Shown here one piece after another: positions 55,507 through 64,000 of a DNA stretch of 64,000 nt. The notes below the pieces were generated by a model. The model made no database searches. It had not been told where the DNA came from and saw nothing but the letters and a program-made list of their open reading frames with translations. Every line of letters starts with the position of its first letter. The first letter of the stretch is position 1. The stretch spans positions 2,816,001 through 2,880,000 of the forward strand of contig OY969696.1 in the NCBI GenBank assembly GCA_963702005.1. The letters run 5' to 3'. Both the position numbers and the translations under genes were made by a program. The stretch is from Candidatus Aminicenantes bacterium. Lineage in GTDB: Bacteria > Acidobacteriota > Aminicenantia > Aminicenantales > JAFGBC01.

Positions 55507-57452
55507 GGCCGTCCTTAAGTATGATCTCCCTCGCGGCGCTGCCTCCCGCGCTCAGACTCAGCCGCCAGAGGGGAATGAGGCAGATGCCCTGATGGATTAT
55601 ATCATACCCGCTCTCGGACTGGGAAAGCGTCCTGAGGGGAAAATGCCAGAGGGCGTCCGGCGCCGAGGCTTCCCAGACAAGCCGGTTCATGAAGACGGCC
55701 CGGCCGCCCGCGGGCTCGAACTCGAACGGGAACAGCGAGACGTTCGATTCGGACGCGAACAGGACGGAAATGGCCCGGCCGGACAGGTTCTCGATCCGAT
55801 AGGCGATCCGGATGATTCGATCGCCCGGGGTGATAGTCTTCGTCAACAAGACGGGCAGCCTGTCCTCTTCAACCCAGACCGAACCGCGCCGCGACAGGAC
55901 GGCGGCCGCCCCAGCGAGGGTCCAATCATAGGGCTGGATGACGAAGTCGCCCTGCTCGCCGTAATCGACTCTCCGGAAGCTCTCCAGCGTCGTATCGGGA
56001 TGCAGGAAATGGTCGAGGAGCGACAAGCGGGAATACCAGTCGGGGCGGAGAAGGTCCTCGGCCTCGGGAGGAACCCTGCGGCTGAGCTCGTGTATGCTTC
56101 CGCCTTCTTCGGACGGCGCTTGCCCATCGAAAGCATGGTAGGATTCCTTCCGCCGGGCCAGGACATCCGAGATGTTGCGGCTCGCCGGCATGAAGTCGCA
56201 CTCGGCCAAGCTCCCGCCGTAAGCCGGCTTGAGGATGAGCTGGAAAGCCGGGCCGCGCCAGATGAGCTCGGGGCGTCCGTCGAGGTCGAAGTCGATCTCC
56301 TGCCAGCCCGGCGCCGGGGGAAGTTTTTTCTCGGCTTCGATCAGATGGCGGTAGGCGGCCTGGCGCAGGTGGGGCAGATAGAGACCGCCGAAAACGCCGT
56401 GCCAGTAGGGATCGTTGCATTGACCTTTATAGAGCTCCAGCTTCGCGCCGGCGGCCGCCGGATGCCGCTCGACCTCGGCCGAGACGAGGAGCATCCTCTT
56501 GTGGAGATGGTTCGCTTCGGGATACTTGAGGAAAAATTCGCGGAAGAATCCCCCACGCAGGAAGCGCCGGGCCTCGGCCGGCGCTTTGGCTTTAAGGTCC
56601 TTGAACGCCGCATAGTCCCGAGGCTCGAGGACCCACTCCATCATTTCCTCGTAGGACGCGGGCGGGAGATAGACCCTGCCGGCCGGAGCGGCCGCGTCCA
56701 GGTATTCGGAAAAGGTTCGGGTCCGGATCCCCTCGCGTTCGACGAATTCGAGGAACCGCCGTAGCCAGCCTTCCTCGTAAACCCATTTTTTCGTCCCGGG
56801 CCAGAGGCCGAACTTCTCGCCGTCGTCGCCCAGGATGGCCGCGCCCCCCCCGCCTCGATCTCTTCCAGGGCGGCTTTGACCTCTTCGAGGGGACGGAAGG
56901 GAATGAGATAGCGGAGCTTCTTGTCGATCGGGAAAAGATGGAGAGGGCGCCCCTCGTCCTCCGTGATGTAATGGGCGTGGATGTCGGTGACCCCCCCATC
57001 CGGAAATGCTCCTCGTCAAGAAGCGTGTAGGCGATTCCCCGCTCGGCCAGCGTCCGGGGCAGCTGGGGCTCCCAAACCCGCTCTGTCAGCCAGAGCCCGC
57101 GCGGCCGGCGCTTGAAGTTCCTCTCCAGGAAGTTGTTCATGAGCTCGATCTGGCCCGCCCTGTCCCGCTCGGGGATGACGGCCAGGATGGGTTCGTAGTA
57201 GCCGCCGCTCAAGAGCTCGACCTGGCCCCGTTCCGCCATGAGCTCGACCAAGGCCCAGCACTCCCTCTCCTTGTCTTTCATGCGATCCCAGAGGGGCCCG
57301 GAGAAATGGAGCGCGAACTTGAAAAAGGGATAATCGGCGACGGTCCGCAGGAAGGGAAGGTAGCAGTCCCGGAAGGCCATGTCAAAGACGTCGTCGAAAT
57401 TCCCGACCGGCTGGTGGTTGTGGACGGCGAAGAGAAAGCTTAGATTTTTCAT
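55496..57452 (-). pseudogene. GH57 4-alpha-glucanotransferase, split by two homopolymer frameshifts
   Basis: HNHQP and WLTERVWEP lie in one frame, ITEDEG..FPIDKKLRYLIPF in a second, and GDDGEKFG...QCNDPYWHG in a third. The breaks fall at C7 (56991-56997) and C8 (56844-56851). Confidence 0.8.
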
Positions 57453-58777
57453 CGCGACCCGCCTCCGAGGCCGGCGTCGCGCCGGGCCTTGTCGAGATAG
57501 GAATGAAACAGGATGTCGAAGTCCGGCTGCTCGGCCTCGCCCGCCCACCAGAACCAGTCCGAGCCTTCGGCGGCGTAGACGGCCTCGCTCGGCCCGCAGG
57601 CCTCGCGGACGCGCGCCAGGAGCTCCCAACTCGCGTTCTTGGCGGGGTGGCCGGCCCACTTGGCGAAGCCTCCCAGCCAGGTTCCGGGGACGAGGTCCAA
57701 CTCCCGGGCCGGCCAATGGCGGGCCAGGTATCGGCTGAACAGGATGGGTTCGATCCCCGGTGTCGTTAGAAGCCGCTCGTAAAGCCTTCGCAGGAAGGGA
57801 ACGCCGTTGTCCTTGTAGGACTCCCAGCAGTTCTCACCGTCGAGGGCGATGACGCACAGGGCGTCCTCGGGGAGACCGTTCGCCTTTTCCGAGAGCCTGC
57901 GGACAAGGTCCTCGACGGCCTCGCGATCGTCCCATTTCTGGTAGACGAACCCGATGAGGTCCGAGAGCTCCCGCTCCCGGAAGAAAACGGTCAGCCCTTC
58001 GCAGGTATAAGGCCGGAAAAGCTCCTCGGGACGGCGCGGCTCGGGAAGGCTTTCCCAGAGGATATTCTCGTCCGTGACGGTGAATTGGAAGCCGGTGCGG
58101 GCGGCCGCCCGGCAGACCTCCCGGCTCAAGCCGCCTTCGGAAGGCCAAAGCCCGGCCGGGGCCGCGCCCATCATGCTCTCGAAATAAGCCCGGCCGTTCC
58201 GGAGCTGCGCTTCGCCGTCCTCGGGATAGCGGAACGCGAATCCCGGGCCGGCCTCGACGCCGGCGACGCCCAGATCGAAGACGAGCGGCAGGAGAGGATG
58301 ATAATAAGGGGACGTCATGAGCTCGACCGTCCCCTTGCGTCCGAGGTCGCGGACGGTGGGGATGATTCCGCGCAGGATGGTCTCCTGGATGTCAAGGAGC
58401 TCATCTTTATCCCGGCCCGCGGCCGAGAGAGGATTGAAGCAGGAGCGCAGGGCCCTCATCTGGAGGAAGTCGGACCGCTTCTTGTCCGGCGCGAGCTTCC
58501 GAAGAATCTCGTTGTCTTCGGATGTTAAATCTTCGGGCTTCTTCCTGACGGCTTTGAGAAAGCGGTCGTCGGCGCGGCCTTCGGCGTAATCCTCGATCTG
58601 CTCCAGAAGGCAGGGCACGAAATTAAAGGCGCAGGGGAATTCGGCCTCCCCGACGATGAGGGCCATCTGATGATAATTCTTGGTTGCGTGGAAAAGAACC
58701 CAGGGCAGAAGGTATTCCCTCGTTTCGGCGTGACGGTAGATCGGCTGGTGGAAGTGCCAGAGCAGGGATAAATGCAC
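57449..58777 (-). CDS. GH57 amylopullulanase-like glycoside hydrolase
   Basis: WHFHQP, YYHPLLPL, GLWPSEG, LDGENCWE and EGSDWFWW. Confidence 0.88.
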   Translation of the reverse strand: MHLSLLWHFHQPIYRHAETREYLLPWVLFHATKNYHQMALIVGEAEFPCAFNFVPCLLEQIEDYAEGRADDRFLKAVRKKPEDLTSEDNEILRKLAPDKKRSDFLQMRALRSCFNPLSAAGRDKDELLDIQETILRGIIPTVRDLGRKGTVELMTSPYYHPLLPLVFDLGVAGVEAGPGFAFRYPEDGEAQLRNGRAYFESMMGAAPAGLWPSEGGLSREVCRAAARTGFQFTVTDENILWESLPEPRRPEELFRPYTCEGLTVFFRERELSDLIGFVYQKWDDREAVEDLVRRLSEKANGLPEDALCVIALDGENCWESYKDNGVPFLRRLYERLLTTPGIEPILFSRYLARHWPARELDLVPGTWLGGFAKWAGHPAKNASWELLARVREACGPSEAVYAAEGSDWFWWAGEAEQPDFDILFHSYLDKARRDAGLGGGSR

Positions 58778-58820
58778 GGCCCGATCGTCCTCGTTAAATT
58801 AAGATTTTTGAAGGAGATGC

Positions 58821-58850
58821 TTTATAGCACGGCGGCCCGCAGAATGTCAA
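58821..58850 (-). promoter_or_regulatory. sigma70 promoter of the glycogen operon
   Basis: Minus strand TTGACA-18 bp-TATAAA with an extended -10 TG. Confidence 0.6.
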
Positions 58851-58851
58851 A

Positions 58852-60276
58852 CTACAGGCCCTGCTGGGCGATGACGTAGGCCGTGACGGCGAGGGCGATC
58901 GCCCCCAGCTCGAGCTCCCGGGGATGGACGGCGGCCAGGACGTCGAGGGCCGAATGGTGGTAATCAAAATAGCGGTGGGCCGCCACCGAGAGGCCTCCCA
59001 TAATGGTCCCCCGCTCCGCCAGCGGCCCGACATCGACGCCTCCCCCGCCCGGGACGATGCCCGAAACCACCCCCAGGGACGCGATGAGAGGGCTCCATTT
59101 CTGGAACTTGCGGAAAAAGCCCGGGCTTCCGCCCAATCCGACGGCCATCGGCAGAAATCCGCCCTGGTCCGATTCGAAGGCGACAAGATGCTTCTCCCCT
59201 TTCCGTTCCGGAGCGTTCGCATAGAAGCGTCCTCCCGTCCCTCCGAATTCCTCGTCGATGAACAGGACGGCCCTGATGGTCCGCTTGGGGGCAAGCCCGA
59301 CGGCCTTGATGAGCCGGAGGGCTTCGACGGCGTGGGCGCAGCCCGCCCCATCGTCATGGGCGCCCTGCCCCAAGTCCCAGGCGTCGATGTGGCCGCCGAT
59401 CAGAATGATCTCCTCCGGCCGCTCCGAGCCGGGGATCTCCCCGACCAAGTTTGCGGACGGCACGGGACCGTCATCCCTGCAGTCGAGGAACAGCCGAACC
59501 GCGGCCTCGGGTTCCTCCCGCAGGATCCCGCTCAGGCGGTCCGCGTCCTCGGTAGCGACGGCCGCGGCCGGGATCCGTGGAACTCCGTCTTCGTATCGCA
59601 TGAGACCCGTGTGGGGGTATCGGTCGCGGCGGAACGTCAATGACCGGACGAGCACGGCGACGGCTCCGCGCTTGGCCGCTTCGGCCGCCCCGCGAACCCG
59701 CTGGTCCGCGTCCGCGCCGTAGGCCCGGAAGGGTTCGAGAATGGTCCTATCCATGGGCCTGTTGAAGAAAATGATTTTCCCCCGCGCCCGCTGTCCCAGG
59801 CCGGCAAGCTCCTCGAAGGATTTGACTTCGACGACCGGCGCTTCGATTCCGGCAACGGGCGTTCCGACACTCCCGCCCAGGGCGCAGACGGCCAGATCAC
59901 AGGCCGCCCGCTGCGGGGAAGCCACAAGGGAAGCGGTTTCGGCGCCGCGGACCCAGCGATTGACGGTCACGGGCTCGAGATGGACATTACTAAATCCGAG
60001 GTCGAGCATGACGCCGCGCATGTGCTCGAGGGCCGCTTCGGCTCCGGGGGAGCCGGTGAGCCTGGATCCGGCCGACTCGATCAGCCCTCTGAGCACGTCA
60101 TAGGCTTTCTCCTCGCTAAGGCCCATCGCGAGAATCCGCCGGGCCGCTTCTTGGGGTGAGATCGCTTTGGCTGGACGGCCAGATACAATTAAGTTATTGA
60201 TTATAATTAATATAAAAAGATAGGCGAGACTTCTCGAAATAACTCCGACCAGCGCTCCGGGACGACGGACGGCCAT
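58852..60276 (-). CDS. M28 peptidase (carboxypeptidase Q-like, PA domain)
   Basis: RLTGS, GGHIDAWD, GAHDDGAG, DEEFG and DYHHS. Confidence 0.88.
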   Translation of the reverse strand: MAVRRPGALVGVISRSLAYLFILIIINNLIVSGRPAKAISPQEAARRILAMGLSEEKAYDVLRGLIESAGSRLTGSPGAEAALEHMRGVMLDLGFSNVHLEPVTVNRWVRGAETASLVASPQRAACDLAVCALGGSVGTPVAGIEAPVVEVKSFEELAGLGQRARGKIIFFNRPMDRTILEPFRAYGADADQRVRGAAEAAKRGAVAVLVRSLTFRRDRYPHTGLMRYEDGVPRIPAAAVATEDADRLSGILREEPEAAVRLFLDCRDDGPVPSANLVGEIPGSERPEEIILIGGHIDAWDLGQGAHDDGAGCAHAVEALRLIKAVGLAPKRTIRAVLFIDEEFGGTGGRFYANAPERKGEKHLVAFESDQGGFLPMAVGLGGSPGFFRKFQKWSPLIASLGVVSGIVPGGGGVDVGPLAERGTIMGGLSVAAHRYFDYHHSALDVLAAVHPRELELGAIALAVTAYVIAQQGL

Positions 60277-61086
60277 TTATATCTTGACCACGAAAGAGCT
60301 GAGGAAGTAGATGTCGGTGGGCTTGTAGCCGACCACGGGCTGATTATCGTAGGTAACCTGAAGGCTTGTCTTCAGGGCCAGGGAGGGGCTTATAGCCGCG
60401 GACAGCGAGGAGTAGGAATTGACCCGGAATCCCCTGAGGTCTTTGAGGTTGCTGAACATCACGCCCTGGATGGTGATCTGGGCCGTCTCCGAAACATTAT
60501 AGATGAGCTTGTGGCTCATGATGGACGATAAAAAATTCGTCTTGCGCGTCGTCGCTTCCGAACCGGCTTGAGGGGACGGGACGACGTTATTTTCGCCGCC
60601 CCAGCCCAACGAGACCTCGGACGAGACATCGACCTTGTTGTCCTTCTTGATCCAGGTGTAGCCGCCGCCCGTCGTCACCGAGACGCGGGACATATAGCCT
60701 GCCGAGGTATTTCTCTCGACACGGGTCAGGCCGAGGAGGTAGGCCCGGGCGCTGAGCTGGCGATCGTACTTGACGTGGGCATAGTAAATGCCCGAGCGGG
60801 GTTGATGGTTGGAGCGGGAGTAAATGGCGCTGCCCTTGAAGTTCAAAGCGTTTTTTCCCAGGGCCAGGTTCTGGTCGGTGTCCACGCTGTAAGAAAGGTT
60901 CTGGTTGTTGCCTCTGGTGAAAAGCAGGGAAAAGCTCGTCGAGGAAAAATAGGGCTTGGCCTGCGCGGCCGGGGCCGTCGCTACCGCTTGCGCCGCATCC
61001 TGGGCGCGGAGACCGAGCCCGGCGACGACCAGGACGGCTGCCCCGAGCGCGATCCGCGCGCTAACCTTGGTCCTTTTTCGATTCAT
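60277..61086 (-). CDS. DUF481-like outer-membrane beta-barrel
   Basis: Signal peptide, TRGN, YDNQP and amphipathic beta strands. Confidence 0.75.
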   Translation of the reverse strand: MNRKRTKVSARIALGAAVLVVAGLGLRAQDAAQAVATAPAAQAKPYFSSTSFSLLFTRGNNQNLSYSVDTDQNLALGKNALNFKGSAIYSRSNHQPRSGIYYAHVKYDRQLSARAYLLGLTRVERNTSAGYMSRVSVTTGGGYTWIKKDNKVDVSSEVSLGWGGENNVVPSPQAGSEATTRKTNFLSSIMSHKLIYNVSETAQITIQGVMFSNLKDLRGFRVNSYSSLSAAISPSLALKTSLQVTYDNQPVVGYKPTDIYFLSSFVVKI

Positions 61087-61571
61087 GGTTGTCTCCCGAT
61101 CCTGAAAAAAAGCCAATTCCCGTGCTCGACTTTTTCGCCGGGCTTGGGCTTGAGTTTGATGAGGGCAAAGACGCCCTTGAGCTTTCGTCCCCGGAGCTCG
61201 ACGACCCGTTTTCCGGCCGTGGTTACGAGCGGAAGATAGGTCCCCTTATCCCAGATCCGGACGTTCCCGGCTCCATACTCCCCTTCCGGGATGACGCCCT
61301 CGAAGGCCTCGTAGCCCAACGGATGGTCTTCGGTCTCTATGGCCAGGCGCTTCTCGCCCTCGGCCAGCGTCGGGACTTTGGGGATGGCCCAGCTCTTGAG
61401 GACGCCGCCCTCTTCGAGACGCAGGTCGAAGTGAAGATGGGATGCGCTGTGCTTCTGAATGGCGTAGGCCAACGCTCGACGCGATTGGGCGGAAGCCGTT
61501 CGGGTTCGGGAAGACTTGGGCTCGGACGTTTTTTTGAAGTCTCTCTTGGACTTGTATTCCTTCAAGCTCAT
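61083..61571 (-). CDS. Stand-alone LigD 3'-phosphoesterase domain
   Basis: YKSKRDFKKTSEP, QKHSASHLHFDLRLE, SWAIPK, TEDHP and YGAG. Confidence 0.9.
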   Translation of the reverse strand: MSLKEYKSKRDFKKTSEPKSSRTRTASAQSRRALAYAIQKHSASHLHFDLRLEEGGVLKSWAIPKVPTLAEGEKRLAIETEDHPLGYEAFEGVIPEGEYGAGNVRIWDKGTYLPLVTTAGKRVVELRGRKLKGVFALIKLKPKPGEKVEHGNWLFFRIGRQP

Positions 61572-61605
61572 GATCAGATCCTTGCCGAAGAACGCCGGCG
61601 CGGAA

Positions 61606-62685
61606 CTATCTGTGGAGAAAACAGCGTTCGCAGTCGACCTCGCCCGGCCTGCGGGTGACCATCATGGACAGGCCGAGCTGGTCGGCCCGGTCGATGACCT
61701 CCTGGTCCTTGATCGAACCCAGGGGGTAGATGATCCCCTTGATCCCCTGCCGGGCGGCGAGCTCGACGACGTCCGGGAAGGGCATGAAAGCGTCCGAGGC
61801 CATGACGGTTCCTTCCGATCCGTAGCCACGTCTCGAGAGCCGGACGGCGTCCTCGGCCGAGTCGATTCGGGAGCGCTGTCCGGACCCGATGCCGTGAATT
61901 TTATCGGCCGTCGCGAGGATGATCGCATTCGAGCGGGTGAAACAGGCGACCGTCCAAGCGAACAGGGCCGCCCGGACTTCTTCTAGGGACGGCTTCCGCT
62001 TGGAGACGACATCCACGAACTCGGGCGAGACGATCCGGGAATCGAACCTCTTCTGGACCAGGAGGCCGCCCACGACCCGCTTGAGCTCGAGGCCGCCGTC
62101 GACGACCGGCTGGGCCGGCGAGGCCGTCATCCGGACAACTCTCAGGACTTTGCGGGTAGCCAGGATGCCCAGGGCGTCCGGGTCGAACACCGGGGCGAAC
62201 ACGACCTCGACGTTCCGGACGCTCTCGACGAGAAGCTTAGCCAGTCCGGCATCGACGGCAAAATTGAAGACGTCGACGCTTCCGAAGTTCGAGAGCGGAT
62301 CGCACTTCCAGGCTTTTTCGAAAGTCTCCCCGGGAGCGTCGCCGGCCGCGACTCCCGACGGCATCTCGTGCTTGACCAGGACGCACAGCTTTCGGTTGCC
62401 GGTCACGACGCCGAGCTTGCGGATGATCCTGAGGCCGAGATCCATGTCGCCGACATTGATATAGCTGAGACCCTTGGTCCCTTCCTGAAGAACCTCGATC
62501 GCCGCCATGGTCGGACCCGAGGCGCCCTCTTCGAGGTAGAAAGCCGCCGGATAGCCGGGGTTTTCGCCGTAGCGCATCGAAATTTTCTTGACGAAGCGTC
62601 CGTCTCCGACGGCCAAGGTCTCCGGGAAGTCCTCCTTGACCTTGGTCGAGTACTGCTGGCGGGCGGTCTTCTCGGTCTTGTCCAT
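61606..62685 (-). CDS. Stand-alone AICAR transformylase (PurH C-terminal domain)
   Basis: MRYGENP, LSYIN, VKH, RSNAI, GSGQRSRIDS, ASDAFMPF and RCFLH; lacks the MGS-like IMPCH domain. Confidence 0.85.
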   Translation of the reverse strand: MDKTEKTARQQYSTKVKEDFPETLAVGDGRFVKKISMRYGENPGYPAAFYLEEGASGPTMAAIEVLQEGTKGLSYINVGDMDLGLRIIRKLGVVTGNRKLCVLVKHEMPSGVAAGDAPGETFEKAWKCDPLSNFGSVDVFNFAVDAGLAKLLVESVRNVEVVFAPVFDPDALGILATRKVLRVVRMTASPAQPVVDGGLELKRVVGGLLVQKRFDSRIVSPEFVDVVSKRKPSLEEVRAALFAWTVACFTRSNAIILATADKIHGIGSGQRSRIDSAEDAVRLSRRGYGSEGTVMASDAFMPFPDVVELAARQGIKGIIYPLGSIKDQEVIDRADQLGLSMMVTRRPGEVDCERCFLHR

Positions 62686-62689
62686 GCTC

Positions 62690-63427
62690 TCAGTCCTTCC
62701 ACTCATGGCGGTTGATGATGGCGACATCGGTCGCGCCGAAGCGATCATCCTCTGCCACGACGCAGGCCGCGGCGACCCGGACATCGGCGAAGCCCTTGGC
62801 CGGGGCGAGGGCGGCATAGAGGGCTTCGGCGATGTCCGCAGCCGTATCCCCGCGCAGCCCGACCTCGGCCGGCGGCCCGTCCCATATCGGAAGCGGGTTC
62901 CGGTTCGGCCCGGCGTAGGTCGCGATCATCCGGCCCTTCCCCGGATCGAGGGGAAGCTCGAAAACGAGCCGCCGGGCCGCTCCGTCTTCCGCCCGCCGGA
63001 TGATATTGAGGGCGGCTCCGGCGCCGATATAATAGCAGCCGCTGATCCTGGGGGTGTAAATCGGCGCGTCGGGCTCGAACTCCCATCCGGCCAGAACGCG
63101 GGACAGAAACTCGCCGGCGCTCTCCCCTCCGGCCGCCGGCGCGCCGATCGTCTCGGTTTGGCGGCCGTTCGAGACCGCGAGTCCGCCCGGCCGGAACAGG
63201 ACGGCCGGATAGACCAGAAGCTCCGGGTTCCCCTTCTTGAGGACCTCCTCATCGGTGGGCTTCGTCCAGATTCCCCGTCCGTCGCGCTCGAGCCTCCGGG
63301 CCTGGCTCGAGGGAGACCGGCCCGTGACCGCGTAGAGGACGGCGGGCCGCCCCGACCGGGTCAGGCCCAGGATGATCAGCCGCCCGGGATACTCCATCAA
63401 ACTCAGATGCTCGAACCCTGCGCTCAT
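62690..63427 (-). CDS. IMP cyclohydrolase-like protein (PurO/Ntn-type)
   Basis: YPGRLIILG, GRSPSSQAR, SNGRQT and FEPDAPIYTPRISG. Confidence 0.8.
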   Translation of the reverse strand: MSAGFEHLSLMEYPGRLIILGLTRSGRPAVLYAVTGRSPSSQARRLERDGRGIWTKPTDEEVLKKGNPELLVYPAVLFRPGGLAVSNGRQTETIGAPAAGGESAGEFLSRVLAGWEFEPDAPIYTPRISGCYYIGAGAALNIIRRAEDGAARRLVFELPLDPGKGRMIATYAGPNRNPLPIWDGPPAEVGLRGDTAADIAEALYAALAPAKGFADVRVAAACVVAEDDRFGATDVAIINRHEWKD

Positions 63428-63577
63428 GCACAACCTTCCGTCCGGAATTGGCCCTTCATTGATACCACAAGAAAAGGCGGGACTCAAGACCCGCCGGACG
63501 GTGATGAGGCGGTCCGGTCGTTGACTTTAGCCGAGATCGGAATGTATCATCCTGTTATCCGCAAACGTATTGGAATA

Positions 63578-64000
63578 ATGATGAATAAGATCAACGAATT
63601 TCCCGAGATCATGTACCGGGACCCCGAATTCCTGGACTCCCTTGAAGGTCGGACCCTGCGGATCCTGAGCGAGTATCTCGGCCCGATGTCGAAGCTCGAC
63701 CGGATGAAGATCAACAGCACGATCCTCTTCCTGGGGTCGGCCCAGGCCAATCCGGCCAACCGGGGATCGCTGTTGACCCGCTATTATTGGGAAGCCGAGG
63801 AGCTGGCCTATCGCCTCGCCAAGTGGGCTATCCCCCTCAAGCCGAAGGGGAAGAACTTCGTCATTTGTACGGGGGCCGGGCCGGGCATCATGGAGGCGGC
63901 TAACCGCGGCGCGGCCCGCGCCGGGGCCAAGACGATCGGGATGAACATCTCCCTCCCCCAGCCTCAGAATCCCAACCCCTACATCTCGCCCGAGCTGGCC
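63578..64000 (+). CDS. LOG/lysine decarboxylase-like nucleotide-binding protein (truncated by the window end)
   Basis: Manual translation gives LRILSEY, FLGSA, CTGAGPGIMEAANRGA and ISLPQPQNPNPY; promoter TTGACT-18 bp-TATCAT at 63521-63550. Confidence 0.85.
   Translation, partial: MMNKINEFPEIMYRDPEFLDSLEGRTLRILSEYLGPMSKLDRMKINSTILFLGSAQANPANRGSLLTRYYWEAEELAYRLAKWAIPLKPKGKNFVICTGAGPGIMEAANRGAARAGAKTIGMNISLPQPQNPNPYISPELA

Noticed and set aside
63428-63560. Hairpin GGCGGG/CCCGCC plus T-run upstream of the purine genes, as a possible ZTP riboswitch terminator
   Set aside because: The conserved ZTP aptamer motifs are not visible, and the hairpin overlaps a plausible promoter (TTGAGT-17 bp-TATCAA on the minus strand).

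Overview
GC-rich bacterial chromosomal window. Gene content and style suggest an anaerobic Acidobacteriota/Aminicenantes-like organism; this is inference only. It opens with a truncated IS481-family element, then a secreted trypsin-TPR protease, tRNA-Leu and tig-clpP-clpX-lon-rho. A strong XerCD dif site at 11007-11034 sits directly downstream of a parAB operon, and gene orientation converges around this point, consistent with the replication terminus. The rest of the window holds a corrinoid methyltransferase operon (Hcy-MT, RACE, corrinoid protein, non-Pyl MttB, MetH activation domain), tldD/tldE, peptidases, a GH57/glgC/galT glycogen operon with an embedded two-component system, and a split purine IMP-synthesis pair. 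Four observations stand out. (1) A radical SAM/SPASM gene downstream of two paralogous small peptides ending in C-x3-LPRR, beside an ABC exporter and a kinase-TPR receptor (candidate new RiPP). (2) A terminus-located ParAB with a parS-like 16-bp palindrome. (3) An unannotated ~265-nt highly structured intergenic RNA candidate. (4) A transposase-free cassette with IS3-like ends, in which a repeated 73-bp end/promoter/RBS unit drives two unrelated cargo genes. Two genes carry homopolymer frameshifts that may be sequencing errors. All calls were made by eye without database searches.
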